Source: Clostridiales bacterium
GTDB lineage: Bacteria > Bacillota > Clostridia > Lachnospirales > JAISYE01
Length of the DNA: 52,587 nucleotides
Assembly: GCA_031297485.1 (NCBI GenBank)
Contig: JAISYE010000187.1
Location: forward strand, 1 to 52,587
Direction of reading: 5' to 3'
The first letter of the stretch is position 1, and each line of letters begins with the position of its first letter. Positions 34,476 through 43,662 of the stretch are shown in pieces. A program made the position numbers and the translations under genes. Below the pieces are notes generated by a model. It was not told the DNA's origin, searched no databases, and worked only from the letters and a program-made list of their open reading frames with translations.

Positions 34476-34486
34476 TCCCTCCGCCC

Positions 34487-35479
34487 TTAAAACACGTGAT
34501 TCTTAGGGTCTGAGGCATCGGCAAAAGCATTGCCGATTACATAAAAGGACACCGTAACAATCGACAGGACGACCGTAGGGAAAATAAGCTGGTAGCGCAG
34601 GTCCGGCGACATCATCTTGTCGATGCCGGAAACAATCAGGTTGCCCAGTGACGGAATCTGCAGCGGCAGGCCAAGGCCGATATAGGTGACAAACACCTCG
34701 TTGGATATTGCGAAGGGTATAGCCATAGCCATGCGGATAGTAATAATCGACACCAGGTAGGGCAGCAAGTTATGGAAAATAATGCGGCGGGTAGGCGTGC
34801 CCAGGCAGCGGGACGCCAGGTTATACTCCCGGTCGCGGATAGAAATGACCCTGTTGCGGATCAGCCTGGCGGTTGTAAGCCAGCCGGTAAGACATAGCGC
34901 GAAGATAATAGTCGTAAGGCTGGGGTGCATGATATACGAAATCAAAATAAGCACAAGCGTCTGTGGTATATTGTCAAAGACGTTGTACAATTCCGTAAAG
35001 AAGAAGTCCAGCCTGCGCGTGTAGCCCCACAGGACGCCGATAAACACGCCGATCAGCGCTTCCACGCAGGCCACGGAAAAACCGATAAACAGGCTTGTGC
35101 GCGTACCGCTCCAGGTGCGGCTCCATAAATCCTGCCCTATGGCGTTGGTGCCGAAGACAAACTCGCTGCCAGGGGGCGCGTTGCGTATTTGCATGCCGCT
35201 GGCGTCGTTGTAAATACGCACCGGGTCCTTTTGGTCCGGCAGGAAGGGCTGGATATAGGTAAACAGCAGCGTCAGGGCAATAAGCGCCAGGAAGCACATA
35301 GCCGCCTTGTTTTTTACGAAAATGCGCAGGCTGCTGCGCCAGTAGGAGTAGCCGGAAAAAAGGCCCTGCTCGGCTTCATCGGGTCTGTATTCAGCTGGTA
35401 AAAACAGTTCCTTTTCGGAAAGGCGGGTATAATCCCTGACCGGGTATCCGGCAGGCCCGCGCTTCGCTTGATTCTTCAT
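34487..35479 (-). CDS. Peptide ABC importer permease (DppC/OppC-like)
   Basis: The ORF track gives 34487..35899. I trimmed it to the ATG at 35479 (MKNQAKRGPAG...), which overlaps the upstream stop as ATGA. The 140 extra codons of the long ORF run antisense-frame through the upstream permease gene. Confidence 0.85.
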   Translation of the reverse strand: MKNQAKRGPAGYPVRDYTRLSEKELFLPAEYRPDEAEQGLFSGYSYWRSSLRIFVKNKAAMCFLALIALTLLFTYIQPFLPDQKDPVRIYNDASGMQIRNAPPGSEFVFGTNAIGQDLWSRTWSGTRTSLFIGFSVACVEALIGVFIGVLWGYTRRLDFFFTELYNVFDNIPQTLVLILISYIMHPSLTTIIFALCLTGWLTTARLIRNRVISIRDREYNLASRCLGTPTRRIIFHNLLPYLVSIITIRMAMAIPFAISNEVFVTYIGLGLPLQIPSLGNLIVSGIDKMMSPDLRYQLIFPTVVLSIVTVSFYVIGNAFADASDPKNHVF

Positions 35480-36441
35480 CTGGTTTCTCCTTTGCCTGCC
35501 AGTCTTATGCGCGGGTCCAGGGCCGCCATAGCTATGTCGCCCAGCAACAGGCCCAGTATGCTCACGGTGGAATAGACCAGCACCAGCGCCTGGACCACGG
35601 AATTGTCCTGCCGCTTGATAACGTCCACCAGCAGGCCGCCCATACCAGGTATAGAGTAGCGGCTTTCCACATACAGCGAGCCCATCAGCGTCAGCAGAAC
35701 AGTTGTGGGAATACCCTGCACGATAAGGACAAAAGCGTTGCGGAACACATGCCGCCGGGAAATAGCCCCCTCCGGCACGCCTTTCGCGCGCGCCAGCATT
35801 ACGTAGTCCTTCGTGTTTTCGTCCACCATATAGCGCCGCACCCACATGGCCGCCCAAGCCATTGTCCCAAGGGACAGTGAGAACACCGGCAGTACCCATG
35901 TAAGCGGGTTCTCCCGCACAAACAGTGTGGGCAGGGGCACCAGGCGTCCCAGAAGTTCCGTGCCGTATATCTGTATAAACAGGTAATACACCGACGCCGG
36001 AATGGCCTCCACCAGCACAATAACCACTGTGCCCAGCTTGTCCCAGAGTTTCCAGCGGGACCGGCCCGCGCTTTTGGCCATCAGGATACCCAGCGAAACG
36101 CCCGCAGCCAGCGCCAGCGCCACAGCCATCAGCCCGATTTGTATAGAAAGCGGCATCTTAGACGCGATCAGTTTTGTTATAGGATAATTTACACGATACT
36201 TGTTAGACACACCTAAATCGCCGCGGGCCAAACTCTTCAGAAAATTAATTATCTGAACATGAATCGGCCTGTCCAACCCTAAGTTGGACAGGCCAACCCG
36301 TATTTGAGTGGGCGTCAGTTTATCGTAGTTGTTGAAATATCCCTCAATAGGCATAAGCCGCAACAAGACAAATACCGCGACTATTATTATAAACAGCGTC
36401 ACCACAGAGCGCAGCACGCGTTTTATGATATATTTCACCAA
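35476..36441 (-). CDS. Peptide ABC importer permease (DppB/OppB-like)
   Basis: ORF track, 321 aa. It starts M(V)KYIIKRVLRSVVTLFII, typical of DppB/OppB. TTG start with a GTGAGG RBS. Confidence 0.85.
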   Translation of the reverse strand: MVKYIIKRVLRSVVTLFIIIVAVFVLLRLMPIEGYFNNYDKLTPTQIRVGLSNLGLDRPIHVQIINFLKSLARGDLGVSNKYRVNYPITKLIASKMPLSIQIGLMAVALALAAGVSLGILMAKSAGRSRWKLWDKLGTVVIVLVEAIPASVYYLFIQIYGTELLGRLVPLPTLFVRENPLTWVLPVFSLSLGTMAWAAMWVRRYMVDENTKDYVMLARAKGVPEGAISRRHVFRNAFVLIVQGIPTTVLLTLMGSLYVESRYSIPGMGGLLVDVIKRQDNSVVQALVLVYSTVSILGLLLGDIAMAALDPRIRLAGKGETR

Positions 36442-36465
36442 TGGCTTCGCCTCACTAACACCGCG

Positions 36466-38457
36466 CTAACGGTCAGCTTTCTCCTGGGCCGCGGCCCATT
36501 CGCCCAGCCATTTTTCATAGGCGGCGTTAAAGGATTCGGCATCCATGGGGCGGTCGAGCAGCTTAACCAGCTTGTACTTGAACATGGACATGCCGTAGGG
36601 CGCGAACATAGAGCTGAACGGGTCAACGCGCGTCGCAACGTAACCGTCGGTGTCTATAGAGAACGGAATAATAACCGCGTGGTCTATCAGGAACGCTTCC
36701 GCGGACGCGAAAGCCCCGTAACGCGCGGCAATGTCCCTGGTCTGGCTCTTGGCCGCGGCTACCAGCGCGTAATACTCCGATACCAGCGACTGGGTGCTCT
36801 CGGTTTTATTGGTAGCCGGAATATCGCTTAAAACCTTCTCAGCGTCAGTATACATAAAGTTGTAGCTGTTGCCGGCGGCAAAGGGGTCTGTCCAGGTCTG
36901 CGGGTCGGCGTAGTCCGCGCCCCAGTTGCACTTCATAAACGCGTACTTACCCGAGCGGCGCACTTCGCCAAGGAACCCGGTTTCCGGCCCAGTCTCCACG
37001 ATAATATCTATAAAATCCGCACCCAGCAAGGCTTCCAGCTGTTGCTCCACGACCTGGCACTCGTTGGCCCAATTGGTAACCACAGGATTGTAGGGCATAA
37101 GCGCCTTAACGGGGAATGTGGCGCCGGCGGCAGCCAGCTCTGTTTTCGCCAAGTCGCGGTATTCCTTTGCCTTGGCTTCGTCGAAACTGTTGCCGCTGGA
37201 AATAGCGCTGATTGGCCCGTAAGCCGTAAAATCCTTGCCAGCGCCCACGGCAAAGGTCTTGGGCGTGACCGTATTATTAAGCAGGGATTCCGGATTATAG
37301 GGGTCCTGCACAGCCAGGGCCTTCAAACGGTCCAAACCATGCAGCAGGGCCTTGCGGAAGTTCTCGTTGTTCACGGCCTTAATCCAGTTGTCCGGCTCGT
37401 ACTGGGCGTCGAAACGGGGCTCGAAGTTGAAGGCGTAGAAATAGGAATAGGAGATAACCGGCATACTCGGGCGCACCAAGCTGCTGGTGTCGGGGTTGTT
37501 CATCCAGTTGTCCAATATATCCGCGCCTATAGTGGCCTCGTCAATCTCGCCTTTTTGAAGCATGGTCGGCGCCAGGGTGGTGGTGTCCGCGTTATAGGTG
37601 CTAACTACTCTTTTAATGTATACTTTGTCTTTGTCCCAATAAGTCGGGTTCGCGGCGAACACATGCCTCTCGTTAGGGGAATACTCGGTCAGAATATACG
37701 CGCCGTTATACAGCAGGCTTTCGTTATCCAGGCCGAAATTACCGCCCATTTCCTCTAAAAACGGGCCGTAAGCAGGCATGTAGGAGCAATAGGACAGCAC
37801 CGACAGGAAAAACGGGCACGGGGCTTCCATAGTGTATTCCAGTGTGTAGTCGTCCAGCGCCTTAACGCCCACGTCGTCAAAGGTGATAAACGCGGACGGG
37901 TCGATGCCGCTGGCCTCGTAGTATTCCTCCGCAGTGGCGGCGCTGCCGTCCTCCACGGCCTTCTCCGCGTCCTGCTCGTCCGCGGTCTGACTATAATATT
38001 CCGACGCGTTTTTCACAATGCCTTCGTACATGTACTGCAAACTGCTGGCGTTACCCGCGTCGTTTACATAACGCGCCGCGTCCACCCAGTCCTGGGCTGT
38101 GACTTCCGCCACTTCAGCGCCGTTTACGTCCACCCATTTTACACCTTGGCGGATTTTGAAAGTCCATACAGTGTTATCCGCGTTGGCTGTCCAGCTTTCG
38201 GCCAGGGACGGCTGTATAACGCCGTATATGTCGTGCTCTGTAAGGCTGTCCACCATGTTGACCCCAGCCCTCATTTCGTAGGTGGTGCTTGTGATTAAGT
38301 AATTAAGCGTTGTATACTCGGACGCGTAAAGAGTCCGATATTCTTCCTCGGGGGCCGCGGCCTGGCCTCCCGCCGGAGTTTGACCGGAGCTGCCGCAGCC
38401 TGCCAGCGTGACAACCGCCAGCACCGCGCATAGTACAATTGATATGAATTGTTTCAT
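36466..38457 (-). CDS. Family 5 (peptide/nickel) solute-binding lipoprotein
   Basis: The ORF track gives 36466..38676. I trimmed it to the ATG at 38457 (MKQFISIVLCAVLAVVTLAGCGSS, signal peptide plus lipobox), which has a GGGAGGA RBS. Confidence 0.85.
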   Translation of the reverse strand: MKQFISIVLCAVLAVVTLAGCGSSGQTPAGGQAAAPEEEYRTLYASEYTTLNYLITSTTYEMRAGVNMVDSLTEHDIYGVIQPSLAESWTANADNTVWTFKIRQGVKWVDVNGAEVAEVTAQDWVDAARYVNDAGNASSLQYMYEGIVKNASEYYSQTADEQDAEKAVEDGSAATAEEYYEASGIDPSAFITFDDVGVKALDDYTLEYTMEAPCPFFLSVLSYCSYMPAYGPFLEEMGGNFGLDNESLLYNGAYILTEYSPNERHVFAANPTYWDKDKVYIKRVVSTYNADTTTLAPTMLQKGEIDEATIGADILDNWMNNPDTSSLVRPSMPVISYSYFYAFNFEPRFDAQYEPDNWIKAVNNENFRKALLHGLDRLKALAVQDPYNPESLLNNTVTPKTFAVGAGKDFTAYGPISAISSGNSFDEAKAKEYRDLAKTELAAAGATFPVKALMPYNPVVTNWANECQVVEQQLEALLGADFIDIIVETGPETGFLGEVRRSGKYAFMKCNWGADYADPQTWTDPFAAGNSYNFMYTDAEKVLSDIPATNKTESTQSLVSEYYALVAAAKSQTRDIAARYGAFASAEAFLIDHAVIIPFSIDTDGYVATRVDPFSSMFAPYGMSMFKYKLVKLLDRPMDAESFNAAYEKWLGEWAAAQEKADR

Positions 38458-38516
38458 CTGTAATCCTCCCTTTGTAATGAGCGGCGAACAGCCTGTTGTA
38501 AATTCCGTCCGCCGCG

Positions 38517-39650
38517 TTATTCCGGCATAAGCCGGACACCAATGCCTGGGGAACTGCCCATAATAATGTCCTGACTCTTGAATTTCGGGCCGTCCGCAGA
38601 CGAAGGCTCCGGCCCCACCGGCGTTCCGTCTTCGTAAATGTCCGAGGCGCACAGGCTTGGGCCGTCCAAGTCGCACATGGTAATCACACCTTTAGCCGCC
38701 GCCAGATGCGCCGCCGCCGAGACCGCCAGCCGGCTTTCCAGCATACAGCCCATCATGCAGGCCACCCCATAGCTTTCCGCCATAGCGCATACCGCCAGCG
38801 CCTGGTGAATACCGCCGGTCTTCATCAGTTTAATGTTAATCAAATCCGCCGCGCGGGTGCGGAGAATTTCCAGCGCGTCAGCCGGGGAAAACACGGCCTC
38901 GTCCGCCAATATGGGCGTGGAGACATTTTGCGTGACAAACCGCAGGCCGTCCACATCCCCGGCGCGCACAGGCTGCTCTACCAGCGAGGCGCCGCATCCC
39001 GCGTCCTCCATGGCGCGGATAATACGCACCGCTTCCTTGGGCAGCCACCCTTGGTTGGCGTCCACGCGCAGCTCCACTTCCGGCCCGACGGCGGCGCGTA
39101 TTTCCGCCACTTTCCGCGCTTCCCCGCAGGGTTCCGCGGCTTGTCCGGCGGCGCTCCGCCCCACTTTCAGCTTGAGAATGGAAAAGCCTTCCGCCACAGC
39201 GGCCAAGCTGTCGGCAACCATCCGCGGCGTATCCGCCAGGCTGATTGTCACGTCTGTTACAAGGCTGCTTCTGGCGCCGCCCAGAAGCTGGTACAGGGGC
39301 ACGCCCAAGCGCTGGGCCAGCAGGTCGTACAGCGCCATATCCACCGCCGCTTTAGCGGAGGTGTTCTTGACTATGCAGCCGCGCAGCGCCCGCATCACAT
39401 CGTCAAAGGCCAGTATATCCCGCCCCGCGATTGCCGGGGCAATATGACCCTCCACCGCCGCCGCGATGCTTTGGCGCGTTTCCCCTGTAATCGCCGCCGT
39501 AGCCGCCGCTTCCCCAAGCCCTTCCGCACCGCCGTCCGTCTCCACCCTGATCAGGACGCTTTCTATCGCCGCGGCGGAACGCAGCGCCGTGACAAAGGGA
39601 CGCTTTAAGGGCACAGAGATAGGCTGGGTTGTTACCCGCAAAATTTTCAT
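38517..39650 (-). CDS. Enolase-superfamily dipeptide epimerase (L-Ala-D/L-Glu epimerase-like)
   Basis: The ORF track gives 38517..39749. I trimmed it to the ATG at 39650 (MKILRVTTQPISVPLKRPF...). Motifs KLKVG, RVDANQGW, VEQP and ADE fit the MLE subgroup. The genomic context parallels B. subtilis ykfB. Confidence 0.8.
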   Translation of the reverse strand: MKILRVTTQPISVPLKRPFVTALRSAAAIESVLIRVETDGGAEGLGEAAATAAITGETRQSIAAAVEGHIAPAIAGRDILAFDDVMRALRGCIVKNTSAKAAVDMALYDLLAQRLGVPLYQLLGGARSSLVTDVTISLADTPRMVADSLAAVAEGFSILKLKVGRSAAGQAAEPCGEARKVAEIRAAVGPEVELRVDANQGWLPKEAVRIIRAMEDAGCGASLVEQPVRAGDVDGLRFVTQNVSTPILADEAVFSPADALEILRTRAADLINIKLMKTGGIHQALAVCAMAESYGVACMMGCMLESRLAVSAAAHLAAAKGVITMCDLDGPSLCASDIYEDGTPVGPEPSSADGPKFKSQDIIMGSSPGIGVRLMPE

Positions 39651-39933
39651 AGGTTTCACCTTCCACATTTGGATGGGGATGTCCAAATGAATCCTGATAA
39701 AGAAAGCACAGCCCTTGAGAACGTGCTCTCTGTAGGTTTGCTTATTCAATTTAACACATATTTATGCATTTGTAAATATGTTTGTGTTTGGCTGTTTGCG
39801 TTTCACTTATACAATTTGATACATATTTATGCAATTTGCAATTGCGGAGGAAATAATGTAAGATGTGCTGCAATGTTTTGCAGAACACCATTAGACGGGA
39901 TTATCCCGCGATAAAAAACAACAGGAGGAAAAA

Positions 39934-40335
39934 ATGTTAGGCCACTATCTTATGTTCAACGGCAGCTGCGCCGAGGCGCTGGAATGTTACAAAGCCGCCT
40001 TTAACGCGCAGGTTTCAGAAATTACGCGTTACGGAGATATACCGCCGGACCCGGCGTTTCCCGTTTCCGAGGCGCGGCGGAAATTGGTGCTGCACGCCAA
40101 GCTGGCCATTGACGGCGAGGAAATAATGTGCGCTGATTCTTACGATCACAGCACCCACGGGGACAATATGTATGTATCCGTCACTACGCCGGACTCCGCC
40201 TATGTGCAAAAGGCGTGGGATATACTTAAAGCCGGCGGCGAGGTTTATATGGACCTGGCGCCGGCCTTTTTCTCCGCCTCCCATGGTTCCCTGCGCGACA
40301 AGTTCGGCGTGAACTGGATGTTTACCGTGTTATAA
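39934..40335 (+). CDS. VOC/glyoxalase-fold protein, PhnB-like
   Basis: ORF track, 133 aa. YLMFNGSCAEALECYKAAF ... HAKL.IDG..IM..D and FGVNWM are characteristic of the PhnB/3-demethylubiquinone methyltransferase-like family. AGGAGG RBS. Confidence 0.75.
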   Translation: MLGHYLMFNGSCAEALECYKAAFNAQVSEITRYGDIPPDPAFPVSEARRKLVLHAKLAIDGEEIMCADSYDHSTHGDNMYVSVTTPDSAYVQKAWDILKAGGEVYMDLAPAFFSASHGSLRDKFGVNWMFTVL

Positions 40336-40433
40336 AGAAGCTCTTGCATTGGAATGGGTCTTGCCGAAAAACTGTTGAGGTTGGAACCATCGCCGAAAAA
40401 ACGGAGTTGCGAAAGGGGGATTTATATCTATAG

Positions 40434-40547
40434 CTAAGGCGTATTTGAAAATTCCTTGAAGCGCGAAATTTCGAATAAAACCGCTGCAATGGTAGTCGAG
40501 CTTGCTCGACGCTTCGCGCTGGAATCAAGTTTTCAAACACGCCTTAA
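40434..40547. repeat. Palindromic hairpin element, family A (copy A4, long form)
   Basis: CTAAGGCGTATTTGAAAATTCC...GTCGAGCTTGCTCGAC...GGAATCAAGTTTTCAAACACGCCTTAAG, in the opposite orientation to A1. Confidence 0.9.
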
Positions 40548-40715
40548 GAAAAAAACAATCCCTTTTCTTAAAAAAGGCTGTACCCGCATCAAAAGCGCTG
40601 CGGGGTTTGGGGCCTAACGATGGTTTGTTCGTTGGCCCCTAACGGTGAAGTATCCGTTGGTCTTAATCTTTTGACCCTTCCCAAGCCTTAAGTTTGCGAC
40701 TATGCCCCGCCCGAC
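40548..40715. repeat. Composite mosaic repeat (copy B6)
   Basis: AAAAAGGCTGTACCCGCATCAAAAGCGCTGC followed by GGGGCCTAACGATGGTTTGTTCGTTGGCCCCTAACGGTGAAGTATCCGTTGGTCTTAATCTTTTGACC, matching B3 and B4. Confidence 0.85.
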
Positions 40716-40738
40716 AGGGCGAAGCGAATTCCAGCGGG

Positions 40739-41524
40739 CTACATAGCGCTTTTGTAATGTTTCAGTCCAAACCGCCAGAACCACAGCGCGAACACTGTGA
40801 AAAGAGCGGCGGCGCAAACCGCGTGAACCAGTCCGGCAGGCGTCAAAGTTTTTGTAACAAATTGGGTTGGGACTGTGGCCATAATTCCGTATGGCATAAT
40901 AAAGTAAAATAAAATCTTGAAGCCGCCCTTGTAAATAATGCCGGGGATTTTGAAATTAAGCGTAAGCAAGTCGCCCTCAAGCCTGTCGATTGCGGCGGCA
41001 GAGATAACGAAAAACGGGATTGTCCGCAAAATAAGCTCCATGTCGTAATACAGCAGCGTCATTATAAGCACAAAGGCCACATATCCGGCGATAAGAGGCG
41101 CGGTAAGCGGGGCGCCTTCAACCGACAGGCCGTAGGCGATAATAGCGCCGGAAAGACACAAGAGCGGAACCGAACCCGGGTCGGCGTTTTCAAAGGTCAG
41201 CCTGAACAACGGGTTCACAGGCTTAGTTATATACAGATCAAGCCCGCCGCCCCTGATCAGCTCCGGTATATTAATCAAACCGAAAAAATACACCGTCATG
41301 TTAATAGCGTTAATCATCGAAAACGTGCCGACGAAAACCAGCATTTGCCCCCGGCTCCAACCGCCTATGGCGTCTACTTGCCCGTAAATAACGGAAAAGG
41401 ACAGCAGCTGCATAAGGAACAGCGTGCCGTCGGCGAAAAAAGCCCCAAAGAAACTCAGCCGGAACACCATCATATGGGAGAGCCTCAGCTTAAGCAGCAA
41501 CAAAATAAACCGTAAATTTTTCAT
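40739..41524 (-). CDS. ABC-2 family transporter permease (ABC2_membrane_6/DUF990-like)
   Basis: The ORF track gives 40739..41602. I trimmed it to the ATG at 41524 (MKNLRFILLLLKLRLSHMMVFRLSFFG...), which overlaps the upstream stop as ATGA. Confidence 0.7.
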   Translation of the reverse strand: MKNLRFILLLLKLRLSHMMVFRLSFFGAFFADGTLFLMQLLSFSVIYGQVDAIGGWSRGQMLVFVGTFSMINAINMTVYFFGLINIPELIRGGGLDLYITKPVNPLFRLTFENADPGSVPLLCLSGAIIAYGLSVEGAPLTAPLIAGYVAFVLIMTLLYYDMELILRTIPFFVISAAAIDRLEGDLLTLNFKIPGIIYKGGFKILFYFIMPYGIMATVPTQFVTKTLTPAGLVHAVCAAALFTVFALWFWRFGLKHYKSAM

Positions 41525-42315
41525 ATGCCCACCCCGTCGAATCTTACTCTTAAACGGTTGTAGGTAAAACAGCAAATAACCGCCATTACCGCGGCCCAAC
41601 AACAGAGAGCCGAAAGGCCGAAAACCCCTTCCGACGCTTCCGCCTGGCCGGTTATAAGCATGGCGGGCATATATGTCACATAGGTAAACGGCAGAAAACG
41701 CAAAACAGCGCGCGCGTTTACCGGCAGAAGCGCCAGCGGCACAGCCGCGCCAGTCGCGAATTCAATAACCGAGCCTTGCAGATGCAGAAAAAATCCCACG
41801 TCCTGAAATTTAAACGCGAGTATGCCAATAAAAAAATGGTAGCTTACCATGAAGGTTGTTCCCGCGATAATCATTACGCCAGCCAAGGCGATTTGCGCGG
41901 GATTTTCCGAAAACATCATGTCAACGCGGAACAAAAGAGCGCAGGCAATGGCCGCTATTATCGAAAATATGGCGTAATAGCCTGCCGCGCCAAAGGTCTG
42001 CGCTAAAAAATGTTTCAGCGGATGGGTCGGAATTACCATGTACTTGGCAAAGGTTCCGCCGCGTATGCGCGCCGAAACCTCGCCGCTGACCCCGGCGGTG
42101 TCAATAGCCGCCAGAAACGAGCTTATGACGTAATAGCTTAACATGGCCTGAAACGTGAACCCGCCGACAGTTTCGCGCCCGTCAAATATCGCGCCCCACA
42201 TAATATAGGCGAACATGACGCGCCAAATTACCGAAAGCGCCGTCAGGGACACGTCGAAACGGTATACTATTTGCGTCTTGAAAAATATCTTGGCTACTTC
42301 CATATATTTTCTCAC
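41521..42315 (-). CDS. ABC-2 family transporter permease (second subunit)
   Basis: ORF track, 264 aa, polytopic. GTG start overlapping the ATPase stop (GTGA). Confidence 0.7.
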   Translation of the reverse strand: MRKYMEVAKIFFKTQIVYRFDVSLTALSVIWRVMFAYIMWGAIFDGRETVGGFTFQAMLSYYVISSFLAAIDTAGVSGEVSARIRGGTFAKYMVIPTHPLKHFLAQTFGAAGYYAIFSIIAAIACALLFRVDMMFSENPAQIALAGVMIIAGTTFMVSYHFFIGILAFKFQDVGFFLHLQGSVIEFATGAAVPLALLPVNARAVLRFLPFTYVTYMPAMLITGQAEASEGVFGLSALCCWAAVMAVICCFTYNRLRVRFDGVGI

Positions 42316-43313
42316 GCGCCAGCCTCCGTTTCATTATTAAGGCCCTTTGCCGCGTAGATCTTCTCGACGGTTTTTCCTATTTCTTCTTCCTCAATGGAGA
42401 TATCGGCGATGTCATAATCCCGCGTTATCTGGGCCGCAATTTTACCGGCTTGGTCCTTCGGCAAGATAAAGACCGCCCTGTACGGACTTCGCTCCAGCGT
42501 TTCCGCGCCTTCCGGAGGTATAAAATCAGTCTCGCGGCCGAAGGTAATTGTAATCTTTTTCCGCGACTGATACATGTCAAACAGGCTGTCTGTCCCGCCG
42601 TCATAGATTTTTTTGCCGCCGTTTATGACGACGCAGCGGGGGCAGAGCGTCCGCACATCTTCCATATAATGAGACGTAAGGATTATTGTCGTGGACTTCC
42701 GGCTGTTCACCTCGCGCAAAAAGCCGCGCATATTCCGCTGGGTCGCCGCGTCAAGGCCGATAGTGGGCTCGTCAAGGAACAACAAGCCCGGGTTGTGTAA
42801 AAGCGCCGCAATAAGCTCCAGTTTCATCCGTTCGCCTAAAGACAGCGTCCGTACCTGAACGTTCAGAAGTTCCGAAACGCCAAACAATTCCACAAAGTCG
42901 TCCACGTTGCGCTTGTAGGTTTTTTCCGGGATGCCGTAAAGCTCTTTGAACAACCGGAAGGTGTCCATGGGCGTTAATTCAAAAAAAAGCTGGCTCTTCT
43001 GACCCATGACAACAGCGTATTGCTTTTTAAACAAAGTCTCCAGTTTGTTCGGATAAAAGCCGAGCACGGAAATCTCGCCCGAGGAGGGCGCGATTATGCC
43101 GGTCAGCATCTTGACCAGCGTCGTCTTGCCCGAGCCGTTCGGCCCGATAAGCCCGATAAATTCCCCCTGCTCGACACAAAGGTCAAAATTCGCCACAGCG
43201 GTTTTGTCAATAAATTTGCGGTTAAACAGTGATTTGACGCTGCCGGTGAGGCCTGGCTCTTTCTCGAAGATTCGGAAAGTTTTGGTGAGGTCTTTTGTGT
43301 GGATTAAACTCAA
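42312..43313 (-). CDS. ABC transporter ATP-binding protein (ABC-2 type, with C-terminal accessory domain)
   Basis: ORF track, 333 aa. Walker A is GPNGSGKTT, the signature motif is LSLGERMK and Walker B is LLFLDEPT. TTG start with an AGGAGGA RBS. Confidence 0.85.
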   Translation of the reverse strand: MSLIHTKDLTKTFRIFEKEPGLTGSVKSLFNRKFIDKTAVANFDLCVEQGEFIGLIGPNGSGKTTLVKMLTGIIAPSSGEISVLGFYPNKLETLFKKQYAVVMGQKSQLFFELTPMDTFRLFKELYGIPEKTYKRNVDDFVELFGVSELLNVQVRTLSLGERMKLELIAALLHNPGLLFLDEPTIGLDAATQRNMRGFLREVNSRKSTTIILTSHYMEDVRTLCPRCVVINGGKKIYDGGTDSLFDMYQSRKKITITFGRETDFIPPEGAETLERSPYRAVFILPKDQAGKIAAQITRDYDIADISIEEEEIGKTVEKIYAAKGLNNETEAGA

Positions 43314-43431
43314 GGTTTGTATCCTCCTGATTTATTCCAGATTTTTTCAGTTTTAAACTTACATTCACCCAGGCAATCATCATCAACAACTCCTTTTTAT
43401 ATAAATTGAAAAATTTTTCATTTCTTCCTTT

Positions 43432-43459
43432 AATTTAACATATCAATTTTTTTTGTCAA
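43432..43459 (-). promoter_or_regulatory. Candidate promoter of the ABC-2 operon
   Basis: Minus strand: TTGACA (43459..43454), 16 nt spacer, TAAATT (43437..43432), within an AT-rich leader. Confidence 0.35.
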
Positions 43460-43499
43460 CAAAATAAATTAAAAAGTAATGGGCGCGCAATCCGATATC

Positions 43500-43662
43500 G
43501 CGTCTATTCAGAGGCCAAAACACTAAAACCTTAAGACCTTGGGGCTCTGCCCCAAACCCCGCTGGGGACTCGTCCCCGATAGTCGAGCTTGCTCGACGCA
43601 GCCCCCTTCTTGCGCTTCACGCGCACTCAAATAAGCATAAACTTGCGCCTCTGAACGAACAC
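43500..43662. mobile_element. MITE-like element (copy B7) flanked by an 8-bp direct duplication
   Basis: The left end is GCGTCTATTCAGAGG and the right end is CCTCTGAACGAACAC (degenerate TIR). The interior is almost identical to 9795-9962. CCGATATC occurs at 43492-43499 and again at 43663-43670, abutting both ends. Confidence 0.8.

Noticed and set aside
34487-35899. Extended N-termini offered by the ORF track (also 36466..38676, 38517..39749, 7250..8320, 5114..6271, 16419..17486, 1764..2477, 27439..29319, 26555..27490, 30444..31313, 40739..41602, 9269..9742, 29622..29897)
   Set aside because: Internal starts have proper RBSs and yield family-typical N-termini, such as signal peptide/lipobox, MCG for AsnB and MKVERI for MecA. 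They often form ATGA/GTGA overlaps with the upstream stop. The extensions overlap neighbouring genes or promoters.
43223-43383. Upstream 53-codon ORF (MMIAWVNVSLKLKK...) with an AGGAG RBS overlapping the ABC-2 ATPase start; possible leader peptide
   Set aside because: The product looks random, and it overlaps the ATPase coding sequence out of frame for ~90 nt. I cannot test conservation, so it is not reported as a feature.
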